Source: a virus. Taken from it: a DNA stretch of 64,000 nucleotides. The position numbers and the translations under genes are program-made. Below are positions 55,333 to 64,000 of the stretch, one piece after another. The stretch covers positions 1 to 64,000 of the IMG/VR virus record IMGVR_UViG_3300010885_072825; one strand, written 5' to 3'. Each line of letters opens with the position of its first letter. Positions within the stretch are counted from its first letter, which is position 1. Below the pieces are notes generated by a model that was not told the origin of the DNA, did no database searches, and saw only the letters and a list, made by a program, of their open reading frames with translations.

Positions 55333-55833
55333 TTATACCAGATCTTCAATAGTTGACACTTCAACTTGCATTCTTTTACCAACCAGGTTACCTTCTTCAT
55401 CTAGTATATCTTCAAATTCCAGTGATTTGCATTCCTTCTGTGATTCCAATTCCTTTTCATCACTCCACTTTTGGAAATGTCGTGCATGAGCCATGGAAAA
55501 CATGGCGGCATCTTCTGCATCAGAAAATCGAACTAGACTGGTCAGGCAACTGTTTTTCTCGTCCCACGACAATGTGAAATCGAATGGATCCCAGGATTCT
55601 GAAAGACTCACTAGAGCAGGTTTTAAAATTGAATCAGGTAAATTTGGTGCTTTGAATAAAAAACCATCAGTAGCGTTAGACAATTTTTCAAATGGATTGG
55701 TTAGCAGGTCGACAACGTATTTGTGTTTTTGATCAACTGTTTCAAAAACAGCTTGCCAACCAAACATGTTTCTAGTTACTTGATATTCAAATTTCATTGT
55801 CAATCTCCCATGTTTCGATAATGCGACATTCAA
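55333..55833 (-). CDS. Hypothetical protein
   Basis: 166-aa ORF overlapping the upstream stop codon. Confidence 0.55.
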   Translation of the reverse strand: MNVALSKHGRLTMKFEYQVTRNMFGWQAVFETVDQKHKYVVDLLTNPFEKLSNATDGFLFKAPNLPDSILKPALVSLSESWDPFDFTLSWDEKNSCLTSLVRFSDAEDAAMFSMAHARHFQKWSDEKELESQKECKSLEFEDILDEEGNLVGKRMQVEVSTIEDLV

Positions 55834-56423
55834 ACGGGGTTGTCAAGGTCTTCCAAAATTAATTGGGCATGAATTACCACTACCTGTGCATAAGACACAC
55901 CATGACTCTTTTTCAAATAGTAACCATCTGCCGAGGGAAGCCAAATTTCCGCGGAAATAGCAGAAAAACCCGAATGTTTACAAAGTGCTATCAAATGTTT
56001 TTTGCCAGGACGAATCAGAGCTAGGAACATGGCCAATTCCATTATGGAACCGGGTTTTAAAATTTTTATCAAATCCGAGTGGTTACTTATATGAAATAGC
56101 TGTTGACAAAATTCTGGGTATTGCAACAGTTCCCAATCAAATGGACGCTGCATCAAATCCAGTAAATGTGCTTCATCTCGTACTCGATCATAGACATGTA
56201 GATTAAGCAAATCTATTTTATAACAATGTCGATCTTCTGCAGATTTATAGTCGATACTGGCTAATCCCGTTATGGGATCAACTGGCATTTTGTGAAAATA
56301 AACGCCTGTATTATGACGAATGATTTCACCATCTCGAAATATACTAGCTGGTGTATGATCAATTCCAACTAATGCCAGTGATCGGTCTGGAAAATCAATG
56401 TCAATATCACCATGTCCGGACAT
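55830..56423 (-). CDS. Miniature DNA polymerase III alpha (DnaE)-like protein
   Basis: DIDIDFPDR, HNTGVYF, YKIDLLNL, LAMFLALIRPG and KKSHGVSYA motifs in 197 aa. Confidence 0.8.
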   Translation of the reverse strand: MSGHGDIDIDFPDRSLALVGIDHTPASIFRDGEIIRHNTGVYFHKMPVDPITGLASIDYKSAEDRHCYKIDLLNLHVYDRVRDEAHLLDLMQRPFDWELLQYPEFCQQLFHISNHSDLIKILKPGSIMELAMFLALIRPGKKHLIALCKHSGFSAISAEIWLPSADGYYLKKSHGVSYAQVVVIHAQLILEDLDNPV

Positions 56424-56677
56424 CAGGAGATCTTGCTCGATATTTTTCGAACTTGTTGTTCCAAGTTGCTGATCCTGGTTGCTTGGTCACGCGTTTTTTG
56501 ATGTAGTGTATCAATGGTGGATTCCAGTGATCGAATCTTGGAAAGAAAATAGGTAGTTTGATTTTCTTCTTTATTCGGGTTTTTGGGAATAATAGCACTA
56601 CCTGCAACAGGAGCAGCAGGTGGATCACCAACATCATACATGTTTGACATTTCTTCATCAGTTAATTTTTTGTTCAT
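56423..56677 (-). CDS. Small coiled-coil protein
   Basis: Start MNKKLTDEEM overlapping the upstream stop; heptad C-terminus. Confidence 0.55.
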   Translation of the reverse strand: MNKKLTDEEMSNMYDVGDPPAAPVAGSAIIPKNPNKEENQTTYFLSKIRSLESTIDTLHQKTRDQATRISNLEQQVRKISSKIS

Positions 56678-57351
56678 AGTCCAGCCTCTGCCAGTGTTTC
56701 TTTTAGGAATTTGGTGCCAGATGTATTTCGGGAAAATTTTATTTTCCAAACAGCGATGGGCGCCAAATCTTTTATTAGCGTTATTTGCTCTGCTGAACAT
56801 CTTTCAAAAAATTCTTCAGCTGATGGTGCGTTGTATAATACCCAGGGACTTAAACGTCCACGCTTCAACCATTGTATAACAGATCCTACTCCAACTTTTC
56901 GGAAAAAATCTGTCCAAGTTTCACCATTTTCTTGGCTCCATTTTTGCATCAATTCAATATTACGTTCTAGTGCTTCCTCAGGTTCTTCTTTTTTAATTAG
57001 TTCAGCAACATATTGATTATAAATTTTTTCATTGGTCCAATCTGCCATGGGAATATTACCTTTGATCACAAAGTCGATAAACTTGTTGACATCAACTGGA
57101 TCAGTTTGAACCAAATATTTTCCAAATTTATAAAACCCAATATAATACCGACTGTCTATAAATTCTCGGTAATCATTCCTGGATACCTTAGAATTCGGCA
57201 TACTGAGTTCATAAAAACGACTCCATGTAATAAACGCTAGTCGACTAACAGGATCTTCTTTGGCAAACCATCGTCGTTTAATCTCACAACTGTGATTAAT
57301 TAAAGCATCTTCACGATTGAATGACCTTTTGCAAAATTCACATTTATGCAT
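56674..57351 (-). CDS. Conserved phage protein with N-terminal zinc finger
   Basis: CEFC.RSF..E..L..H.C; GRLSPWVL. Confidence 0.7.
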   Translation of the reverse strand: MHKCEFCKRSFNREDALINHSCEIKRRWFAKEDPVSRLAFITWSRFYELSMPNSKVSRNDYREFIDSRYYIGFYKFGKYLVQTDPVDVNKFIDFVIKGNIPMADWTNEKIYNQYVAELIKKEEPEEALERNIELMQKWSQENGETWTDFFRKVGVGSVIQWLKRGRLSPWVLYNAPSAEEFFERCSAEQITLIKDLAPIAVWKIKFSRNTSGTKFLKETLAEAGL

Positions 57352-57838
57352 CTAATTTCTTTAAATCCTCTAAAATCTTTTTTGTATCTGCTTTGCTTTC
57401 ACCATGTGCTTGACACAGTTTTTCCAAAACATCTTTTGTCAAATCTTCTTTTAATATATTGAGCTCTATAATATTTACATCCGGATATATTTTTGAAAAA
57501 AACTCATCCAAATTGGGAGTATTCGTTGTTTTCTTTTTTGATATCCAAGGTCGATGTTGTTTTACTCCTGTACCAACTATACACATGAGTTGATGTTGTA
57601 ATTCCGGATGATTTGACAATTCCCAAAATCCCACATTCACAATATCATTTGTCAAAATAACAGATAGATCAGCTTGTGAATTTTGGCTTGGAAGACTGCT
57701 CATGTATCGCATAAGCACAAGAGCTGCATAACCCTTCTTTTCTTCCTCTGTCAAATTGTGATAATAATTCTTATTACCACGATCAATTGATTCCAGTGTT
57801 TTGAATAGATCTAATTTGTATTTTTTGTCTTCTGCCAT
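57344..57838 (-). CDS. Clamp loader small subunit (T4 gp62-like)
   Basis: LMRYMS, N..VN...HPELQ..L and H.PWI.K pattern. Confidence 0.6.
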   Translation of the reverse strand: MAEDKKYKLDLFKTLESIDRGNKNYYHNLTEEEKKGYAALVLMRYMSSLPSQNSQADLSVILTNDIVNVGFWELSNHPELQHQLMCIVGTGVKQHRPWISKKKTTNTPNLDEFFSKIYPDVNIIELNILKEDLTKDVLEKLCQAHGESKADTKKILEDLKKLDA

Positions 57839-57953
57839 AAAATTTCACCTGTTTGATAAATTTATTGAATTTGAGTTGAAATATCAAGTTTGATTCTGCT
57901 CAAAATTTTGGTTCTGCATAAATAAGACTACAGCACAAGGAGATAAACAACAC

Positions 57954-59069
57954 ATGGGTCGCCCTCTTAAAAAAACACTAATTGGCAATACCTCACAAAC
58001 AGGTCAGCAAATTGCCATTAATGCATGGGTATCTGGAGATTCACAAGCAAGAACCGGATACATTATTGAAGAAAAAAATTATCACAAGTACTATGTTAAT
58101 ACCACAAATGCCACATCTAATACCAGTTTCATTGGCACTGTTGGTCTACAAAATACTGCACCAACAGCAGCTGGACAAGCCACACTGCAAATTACACCAT
58201 ATGGTGCATCAGGGTCTGGAGTTGCTGCAACAGCAAACGTAGGACTTTATAGTGCAGGAAACATTGCTGTTTATGGTACAGGCACTACCAGTGCAAACTA
58301 TGTTCCCGGTGAAACACTGCAACTACTGGGTGGATCCAATACCACTGTAGCTAACGTCACTGTTAATGCAGTTCATATTCGTATTGCAAACGTGCAAACA
58401 AACGGCAATGGATTTACAGTTGGTGACACATTTACTTTCAGTGGACCAGGATATGCTATACCAGCACAAATAACAGTTGGATCAACCACTGGTAATGGTC
58501 AAATTGGATCATTAACATTGACTCTTGCAACTGATGGTTCATATACAAGCGCTACATTGCCTGCCAATCCCGTAACTCCAAATGCCGCGGTTACTGCAAA
58601 CACAGTTTCAACAACTGCAACATTTAATCTGGGATGGGGTATTGATCAACTTACTGTTAAATCAGCTGGTTTGTTCTCCAGTGTTCCTTCTAACCCAATT
58701 TCACTTTCAGGAAGTGCTACAGGAACAGGAGCTACCATTAATGGTACTTGGACTGTTAAAACGGTTACTGTTAGCCCAGGTGGATCTGGATATGATGCAC
58801 CTCCACTGGTTTCATTCAATGCTTCACTGGGATCAAATGCACAAGCAACGGCAACAATTGCGTCTGGCGTAGTAACTGCGGTTAGTATTGCAGCGGGCGG
58901 TGTATATGCCGCAGTGCCCGGTGTTAATTTTGCAAATGCTGGTAACGTAAAATATGCAGCTAAAATGAATAATCACACTGTGGTTGCTTTTGATGGTACT
59001 TCATATACTTGGTATCCAACTGGCACAACATTAACTGCTCCAGGACAAGCTATAATACCAACATCCTAA
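57954..59069 (+). CDS. Virion structural protein
   Basis: MGRPLKK N-terminus; G.GY...P.V.F and A.ATA.I..G.VT.V.I motifs; GCATAAATA promoter and AAGGAG RBS. Confidence 0.7.
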   Translation: MGRPLKKTLIGNTSQTGQQIAINAWVSGDSQARTGYIIEEKNYHKYYVNTTNATSNTSFIGTVGLQNTAPTAAGQATLQITPYGASGSGVAATANVGLYSAGNIAVYGTGTTSANYVPGETLQLLGGSNTTVANVTVNAVHIRIANVQTNGNGFTVGDTFTFSGPGYAIPAQITVGSTTGNGQIGSLTLTLATDGSYTSATLPANPVTPNAAVTANTVSTTATFNLGWGIDQLTVKSAGLFSSVPSNPISLSGSATGTGATINGTWTVKTVTVSPGGSGYDAPPLVSFNASLGSNAQATATIASGVVTAVSIAAGGVYAAVPGVNFANAGNVKYAAKMNNHTVVAFDGTSYTWYPTGTTLTAPGQAIIPTS

Positions 59070-59104
59070 TCTCGCTAAACTAGAAAATAGTTAGCAGACT
59101 CAGG

Positions 59105-59147
59105 CAAAGCCCTTGACGAACCCAAGTAAGTCAGGGGCTTTGTTTTT
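59105..59147 (+). terminator. Intrinsic terminator
   Basis: CAAAGCCCTTGAC...GTCAGGGGCTTTG-TTTTT. Confidence 0.75.
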
Positions 59148-59369
59148 CTGAGTAATAATAAATCGAACAGTGCTTTAATTGGATAAACAAATTGCCAATA
59201 TCAAAACAGCAATTATAAATCAAACTATAGTAGTTTATGACGCAGATGTCAAATCAATGCTGTGATGGCCGGGCCTGTTATCTATTGGCGTTATTTGAAC
59301 AATGGTGGAAGCACACGTCAGTATCAAACGTACTAACCGAACTCAATTGAAAAATTCTATAGAAAACTC

Positions 59370-59843
59370 TTATTTTTTTCTATAAGAATCCAAATCATAT
59401 ATTACAGCTGATTCTCTACGTTTCAGTGCTTCGTCTGCTTGAGATTGTAATTGCTGTCGATCAGCTTCTTGTTTTCTCAAGTCATCTAGTGTGGTATCTG
59501 CGCCCCAATTGGGATCACTCTGCAATTCCATTTCTACTTTTATCTGTTGTAAATAATATAGAGCTGTAAAAATTCCATATTCTAAATTTTCAGGCTCTGC
59601 TAAACATCTAGCATCCTGTGAACCAGTATTAAATTTTTTTCCTGTTTCCTGTTTAAGAAGTCTCAATAAACAATTATATTCTTGGTCGCTAATTTCGAAA
59701 ATATCACTGCTTGTTACTCTTTCTTTCCAAAAGCCGTGCCTCCAAGTTTCACTTGCGGCAATATAAGCAGGTGTATCTAAATACGCTAAATCTTCAATTG
59801 ATTCCAATAAATTAATGTATTTTCTAATTTCAACGCTGCTCAT
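59370..59843 (-). CDS. Putative internal head protein
   Basis: N-terminus MSSVEIRKYINLLES; ATAAATA upstream. Confidence 0.55.
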   Translation of the reverse strand: MSSVEIRKYINLLESIEDLAYLDTPAYIAASETWRHGFWKERVTSSDIFEISDQEYNCLLRLLKQETGKKFNTGSQDARCLAEPENLEYGIFTALYYLQQIKVEMELQSDPNWGADTTLDDLRKQEADRQQLQSQADEALKRRESAVIYDLDSYRKK

Positions 59844-59872
59844 ATGATGTTATACCTTTAAAAAAATATTTA

Positions 59873-60373
59873 TCAAAACAGTTTTCTGATATCAATAGCT
59901 TCTGGTACTTTGCCAATATCTTTTATGAAATAAGCACATAGTGGTTTTGGTCCATCTTCCAAAGGCACTGCCAAAAGGTGGCCATTTTTTAATTTGGGAA
60001 AATACCATTTGACATCTGGCCAAATATTGATAACTTCAAACTTCGTAAACTTTGGCATATATCCATCTATGGGATTATAAGTGAACACATCAAAATCCTT
60101 GTCATTCAAATATATCAGTGGCATGATTTCTAGATCACCACTGTTAATATCTCCAATAATAACTGACCAATCCAGTGGCATTTGAATATTTGAATTTCCA
60201 ATTTTAATATCAACACAGGGACTATTGAAACTTTCAAGAAAAATAAGTGGTATAAAATAGTAGTCTACATCTGCTTGATCACTATAATCCAACACACAAT
60301 AGTTAATATCAACAGTTGCTTCTGGTATTTGATTTAAATTATAAGTTTGATTTTCGTTTGTTAATACTCTCAT
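59873..60373 (-). CDS. Conserved hypothetical phage protein
   Basis: FIPLIFLESF.SP, MPLDW and WYFPKLKNGHLL pattern. Confidence 0.65.
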   Translation of the reverse strand: MRVLTNENQTYNLNQIPEATVDINYCVLDYSDQADVDYYFIPLIFLESFNSPCVDIKIGNSNIQMPLDWSVIIGDINSGDLEIMPLIYLNDKDFDVFTYNPIDGYMPKFTKFEVINIWPDVKWYFPKLKNGHLLAVPLEDGPKPLCAYFIKDIGKVPEAIDIRKLF

Positions 60374-60423
60374 TTCCAGCTTTTTGTTAATTTTTGCTGA
60401 ATATTTACCTGTATTTTCAGTAC

Positions 60424-61881
60424 CTAAATCAAATAATTTATTTTTTCTGTTGTATAGGGATATTTTGCTGAATCATAATGCTTCTTACGAGCAGTCAAGT
60501 GACGTTTGCTGAACTTACAAGTGCTGGTAATATCATATATCATGGCATGATCCTTGTCATTTGCCATTCGAAGTCCACGCCCAATACTTTGTATCACTCG
60601 AATAAAACTCTTGCCGGGTTCAACCATCACTAGATTAAATATCCGCGGAATGTCAAGTCCAACCGCCGCAACTCCGAAAGTAGCGATAACAACTTGATCA
60701 TCGGCTACTCTAATAGAGTCATAGGCTTCTGATCTTTTTGCTGTCTTTACACTACCACTAACAAATACACTATTGGGAATTAATTCAGCTAATCGCTTGC
60801 CAGTTTCAATTCTGTCTACTAGAACCACAGTATTACCCGAATCTTTGATTAGCATGATTCTATCAGCCAACCATTTGAGCCTAGCTTCGTTTGTTGTTAG
60901 GAATTTCAGTTCATCAGGATACTTTCCGAATACTTGTGTTTCACGCGTTTGTAGAATATTGACATGACAATTTGCCAAAACCCCCTGTGCTTGCAATTCA
61001 TGAGCAGGTAATTCTCCAACTGGTGGTCCAATAGCAGACAACAAACTCAATTGATCTTGCTCTAGTTCCGGCAAAGTGCCTGTGACCCCCCAACGAAGAG
61101 GGACATTTGCGAAATTATTGGTCAACAAATCCAGAAGTGTGTTCCCCCTAACCATATGAGTTTCGTCGGTTATTACACAAACCAGGTCTTTCATGAAAAC
61201 TGCTAGTTGACCATCGTCCAAGCAATCTTTGGATTTTTTATCCAAAACACTTAGACTTTGCCAGGTACAAATAGTATGCTGTCGATTATATTCTTTTCGA
61301 TCACCAAATAGAACGCCAGTATCCAATCCCAAATTAATGTAGTCTTTTTCAGTTTGTTCAACTAGTGATATATTGGGAACGATTACTATTGATCGACCCC
61401 AGGGTTCAACAATAGAACTCAAAGTTCCACAGACTAGTGATTTTCCAGATCCTGTTGCCGCCACATAAATTGATTGTGGATTTTCAATAAACGTATTAAC
61501 GATGTTGACTTGGTAGTCTCGAAGTACAATTGGTTGACCTTCAAATCGATGACCAGCTGGCCAAGTTTTGCCTGCATGATAGTTTTCGTCAATGGTCTTT
61601 AGCGAAAAATCAAATGCAGGTCTTTGATCTTCTAATTCAATTTCATAGCCAGCTGTTTGAATAATAGGCAAGATGCGATCAAGTAGATTTAAATATGTTC
61701 GGCCACCAATGGTCATAAAGCTTTTGGTTCCGTCCCAACGTCCCAATTTAAATGCTGCTGAATATCGAGCACCCGGGATAAAATACTTTAATGCATTGAC
61801 ACATTGACGGCGTTCAGCTAATTCCAGTCCTTTAACTGAAATGTTGACTTCATCCTCAATGATTATTTTTGCTATTTTCAT
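60424..61881 (-). CDS. uvsW: UvsW-like superfamily 2 helicase
   Basis: LRDYQ, ATGSGKS, DETH, GVTGT, GLDIP and QSIGRGLR motifs. Confidence 0.88.
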   Translation of the reverse strand: MKIAKIIIEDEVNISVKGLELAERRQCVNALKYFIPGARYSAAFKLGRWDGTKSFMTIGGRTYLNLLDRILPIIQTAGYEIELEDQRPAFDFSLKTIDENYHAGKTWPAGHRFEGQPIVLRDYQVNIVNTFIENPQSIYVAATGSGKSLVCGTLSSIVEPWGRSIVIVPNISLVEQTEKDYINLGLDTGVLFGDRKEYNRQHTICTWQSLSVLDKKSKDCLDDGQLAVFMKDLVCVITDETHMVRGNTLLDLLTNNFANVPLRWGVTGTLPELEQDQLSLLSAIGPPVGELPAHELQAQGVLANCHVNILQTRETQVFGKYPDELKFLTTNEARLKWLADRIMLIKDSGNTVVLVDRIETGKRLAELIPNSVFVSGSVKTAKRSEAYDSIRVADDQVVIATFGVAAVGLDIPRIFNLVMVEPGKSFIRVIQSIGRGLRMANDKDHAMIYDITSTCKFSKRHLTARKKHYDSAKYPYTTEKINYLI

Positions 61882-62345
61882 CGATCATTATTTTCCATCT
61901 GGGCATCTTCCAGACCAGCTGCTCGTAGTTTTACAATATGTCCTATTTGAAATTGTTTGGTGTCTAGTCCTTTGATGACCGCCAAGTATTTGTTTCTAAC
62001 AAGTGCAACTTCATTAATGATGTCATACATGTCATTGACATCTGCTTCACCATCAATGTATTTTTCAATTGCACGATCAGTTAGTTCTCGATTATAAGCT
62101 TCCAAATATTTGCGATAATGAACACTTCGCATTCGATCCAATCGATGATTGAAATACTTGAGTATAGCTTCCAAATCTTGTAGTTGAGCATATCGGTGAG
62201 CCATAAACCCACCTATATTTTGAGACTGAGTTTCCAACTTGCCTGAAATTTTTGTTTCAGCAAATGCTGTTACCAGTTCTTCATTATAATAAGTGATAGC
62301 GTCTGTGACTCTCGACATGTCATCAACTACTCGATTATACCACAT
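61878..62345 (-). CDS. uvsY: UvsY-like recombination mediator
   Basis: Y.R.L.DR..EKYIDG...KGLD.KQFQI..IVKLR.AG pattern; lies between recA and uvsW. Confidence 0.7.
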   Translation of the reverse strand: MWYNRVVDDMSRVTDAITYYNEELVTAFAETKISGKLETQSQNIGGFMAHRYAQLQDLEAILKYFNHRLDRMRSVHYRKYLEAYNRELTDRAIEKYIDGEADVNDMYDIINEVALVRNKYLAVIKGLDTKQFQIGHIVKLRAAGLEDAQMENNDR

Positions 62346-62564
62346 TTATTCTTCTTCAACCTCTTCATCAGGATCGGTTTCTGTAAAATGATCCAGCGCT
62401 AGATCCAAATAGTGATCTTCACCTCGAACCTGTTCCAGGTCATCTAGATCAAATGCGTGATCAGAAAATACTTTGATCAATTTGTTTGCTGCATCTTCTT
62501 TTTTATTGGTTGGTAAGTTTTCATTCAATACTTCCCAAACATCCAGTATGATTGATATATCCAT
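62346..62564 (-). CDS. Small acidic protein from a probable internal start
   Basis: Strong RBS AAGAGGAATAAA before ATG at 62564. Confidence 0.6.
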   Translation of the reverse strand: MDISIILDVWEVLNENLPTNKKEDAANKLIKVFSDHAFDLDDLEQVRGEDHYLDLALDHFTETDPDEEVEEE

Positions 62565-63320
62565 TTTATTCCTCTTCTTCTTCAATTTTTTATTAATATT
62601 ATTTTCAGTCATTCGAATACGCAATTTTTCCTTGTATTCATCTGAATGAGTTTTACCAAACATTGGATTGTTTTCTCCAGATCTGTATTTTCCAACGTTT
62701 TTAACTTCTCTGGTAGTACCTTGCCCCGTGGTCAAATTGAATGCTTGCCACCCAGAAGACGAACCTTTTCTTGGTATCCATCCGTCTTTTACTGCTGCAC
62801 ACATGGTTGTATATGATATATTTTTATCAATGCAGAATTTCTTAAATCCGCCAGTAAATTCAAAAATTTCTCCCGCAGGGGAAATTACTCGCCATTGGAT
62901 ATTATTTGTTATACTATTCGTAGTACCAGTACGAGAGGGGTACCTTTCTGGATTATTTTTTCTAAGTTCAGATATTGATTTGCCAATTCTTGCACTTACA
63001 TCTGGAGTACGAGTATTTAAGTTTCTACCTCCCAAATCAATATTCAAACTCAATGGATCATCTATAAGTTCTTTAGTAACATACTTGAATTCCAAAGTAT
63101 TCAATTCATTCAAATCCTTTGCAAATTCTAATATTTCTCTCATAATACCAGTTTTACCATGTTTTTTAATATAATAGGTTAATAACAATCCAGATCCAAG
63201 ATAATATTGATCCATGGTTTTATGGCTTCGTATTTTATGTTGGCCAATATAAAACCTACCATCTGGTAGAGTGGTTTTATATATAAATCCATAATATTTT
63301 ATATTGTTAGGCTCAGACAA
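62346..63320 (-). CDS. GIY-YIG homing endonuclease (Seg-like, NUMOD3) fused in frame to a small acidic protein
   Basis: GFIYKTT...FYIGQH...YLGSG..L...IKKHG...REIL; NPMFGKTHS; acidic tail from MDISIILDVW. Confidence 0.8.
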   Translation of the reverse strand: MSEPNNIKYYGFIYKTTLPDGRFYIGQHKIRSHKTMDQYYLGSGLLLTYYIKKHGKTGIMREILEFAKDLNELNTLEFKYVTKELIDDPLSLNIDLGGRNLNTRTPDVSARIGKSISELRKNNPERYPSRTGTTNSITNNIQWRVISPAGEIFEFTGGFKKFCIDKNISYTTMCAAVKDGWIPRKGSSSGWQAFNLTTGQGTTREVKNVGKYRSGENNPMFGKTHSDEYKEKLRIRMTENNINKKLKKKRNKMDISIILDVWEVLNENLPTNKKEDAANKLIKVFSDHAFDLDDLEQVRGEDHYLDLALDHFTETDPDEEVEEE

Positions 63321-63334
63321 TGTTTACCTACTAA

Positions 63335-64000
63335 CTATTCTTCAACATCAACCTGTGTTGTATCTGCATGCCTGAACATACCACCTTCAAGTGTTTGTAT
63401 GTCAGCCATAATTAGATCCAAGCAGTCATTTTTGTTTTGATTCCACGCTTTTCTGAAATATTTCAGCTTCTCTCCATTTTGAAGGGTATAAATCAAGCTG
63501 TTGCCTTCTTTGACAAGTAGACCGGCACCATCAACCAGATCCAGTAGACCCGAATATTCATCCAGTCCACCTGCATAGGGTATCTTCAACTCAATTTTCT
63601 CAAATGGTTTTGAATAACGCGTCTTAGCAACTTGACACATAGAACGAATACCATGTACATCTGTCGTTTTGTTGCCATCATCATCTTCTTTAAGCTTGCC
63701 TTTTTTAATACTCACTACAATACTGGCAGCAAAAATAGGACCAGATCCTCCGGAAATAATATCATCTGGTGCGTATTGTGATTGACTAGAATAAGTATGG
63801 TTGGTAGCCAACAGTCCAATACCTAAATCACCAAACATGTTCACGCAGTTTGTAATTAGCGCTTTAAGTGCTTTGGGTTTTAATCCCATATCACCACGTA
63901 GTGAACCAGCATTGAATTGATCTTGTTGAGTTGGAACCATCAACATTCCCAAACTATCAATTACGAAAAGTACTTCAGGACGATCTGCTTCAGAAAGTCC
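63335..64000 (-). CDS. uvsX: RecA/UvsX recombinase, C-terminal part (5' end outside the window)
   Basis: FVIDSLGML...GDMG.K.KAL..L, TNHTY, ISGG.G..FA.SIV and KTRY.KPF motifs. Confidence 0.9.
   Translation of the reverse strand, partial: GLSEADRPEVLFVIDSLGMLMVPTQQDQFNAGSLRGDMGLKPKALKALITNCVNMFGDLGIGLLATNHTYSSQSQYAPDDIISGGSGPIFAASIVVSIKKGKLKEDDDGNKTTDVHGIRSMCQVAKTRYSKPFEKIELKIPYAGGLDEYSGLLDLVDGAGLLVKEGNSLIYTLQNGEKLKYFRKAWNQNKNDCLDLIMADIQTLEGGMFRHADTTQVDVEE

Noticed and set aside
1-64000. Alternative genetic code (stop-codon reassignment)
   Set aside because: Conserved genes are full length under the standard code, and TAA, TAG and TGA all occur as genuine stops.

Overview
This window is part of an AT-rich jumbo myovirus genome with T4-like replication and recombination genes and (T/C)ATAAATA late promoters. 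The host is probably an alphaproteobacterium, judging from a two-piece permuted tmRNA and an alpha-type Smr protein. It encodes virion/head proteins, a type II topoisomerase (two subunits), NrdAB with glutaredoxin, primase, helicase, UvsW/UvsY/RecA, a miniature DnaE-like protein, ClpA, DnaJ, peptide deformylase, TilS, a tRNA(CAU), QueD and glycosyltransferases. Highlights: (1) A late-promoter-driven array of three ~56-nt hairpin RNAs, each displaying a tRNA anticodon stem-loop mimic (CAU, GCU, UUG), lies directly upstream of a TROVE/Ro60-like DUF2828-vWA gene. The array is interrupted by a TnpA-less IS200/IS605 TnpB element whose predicted guide targets the intact array. (2) A GMP reductase gene is fractured by a naturally split intein, with a free-standing NUMOD3/Vsr-like endonuclease between the halves. 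(3) There is an unannotated tRNA-like RNA, several leaderless late genes, and a repeat polyprotein with putative prohead-protease sites. All calls come from reading motifs by eye; no database searches were run.
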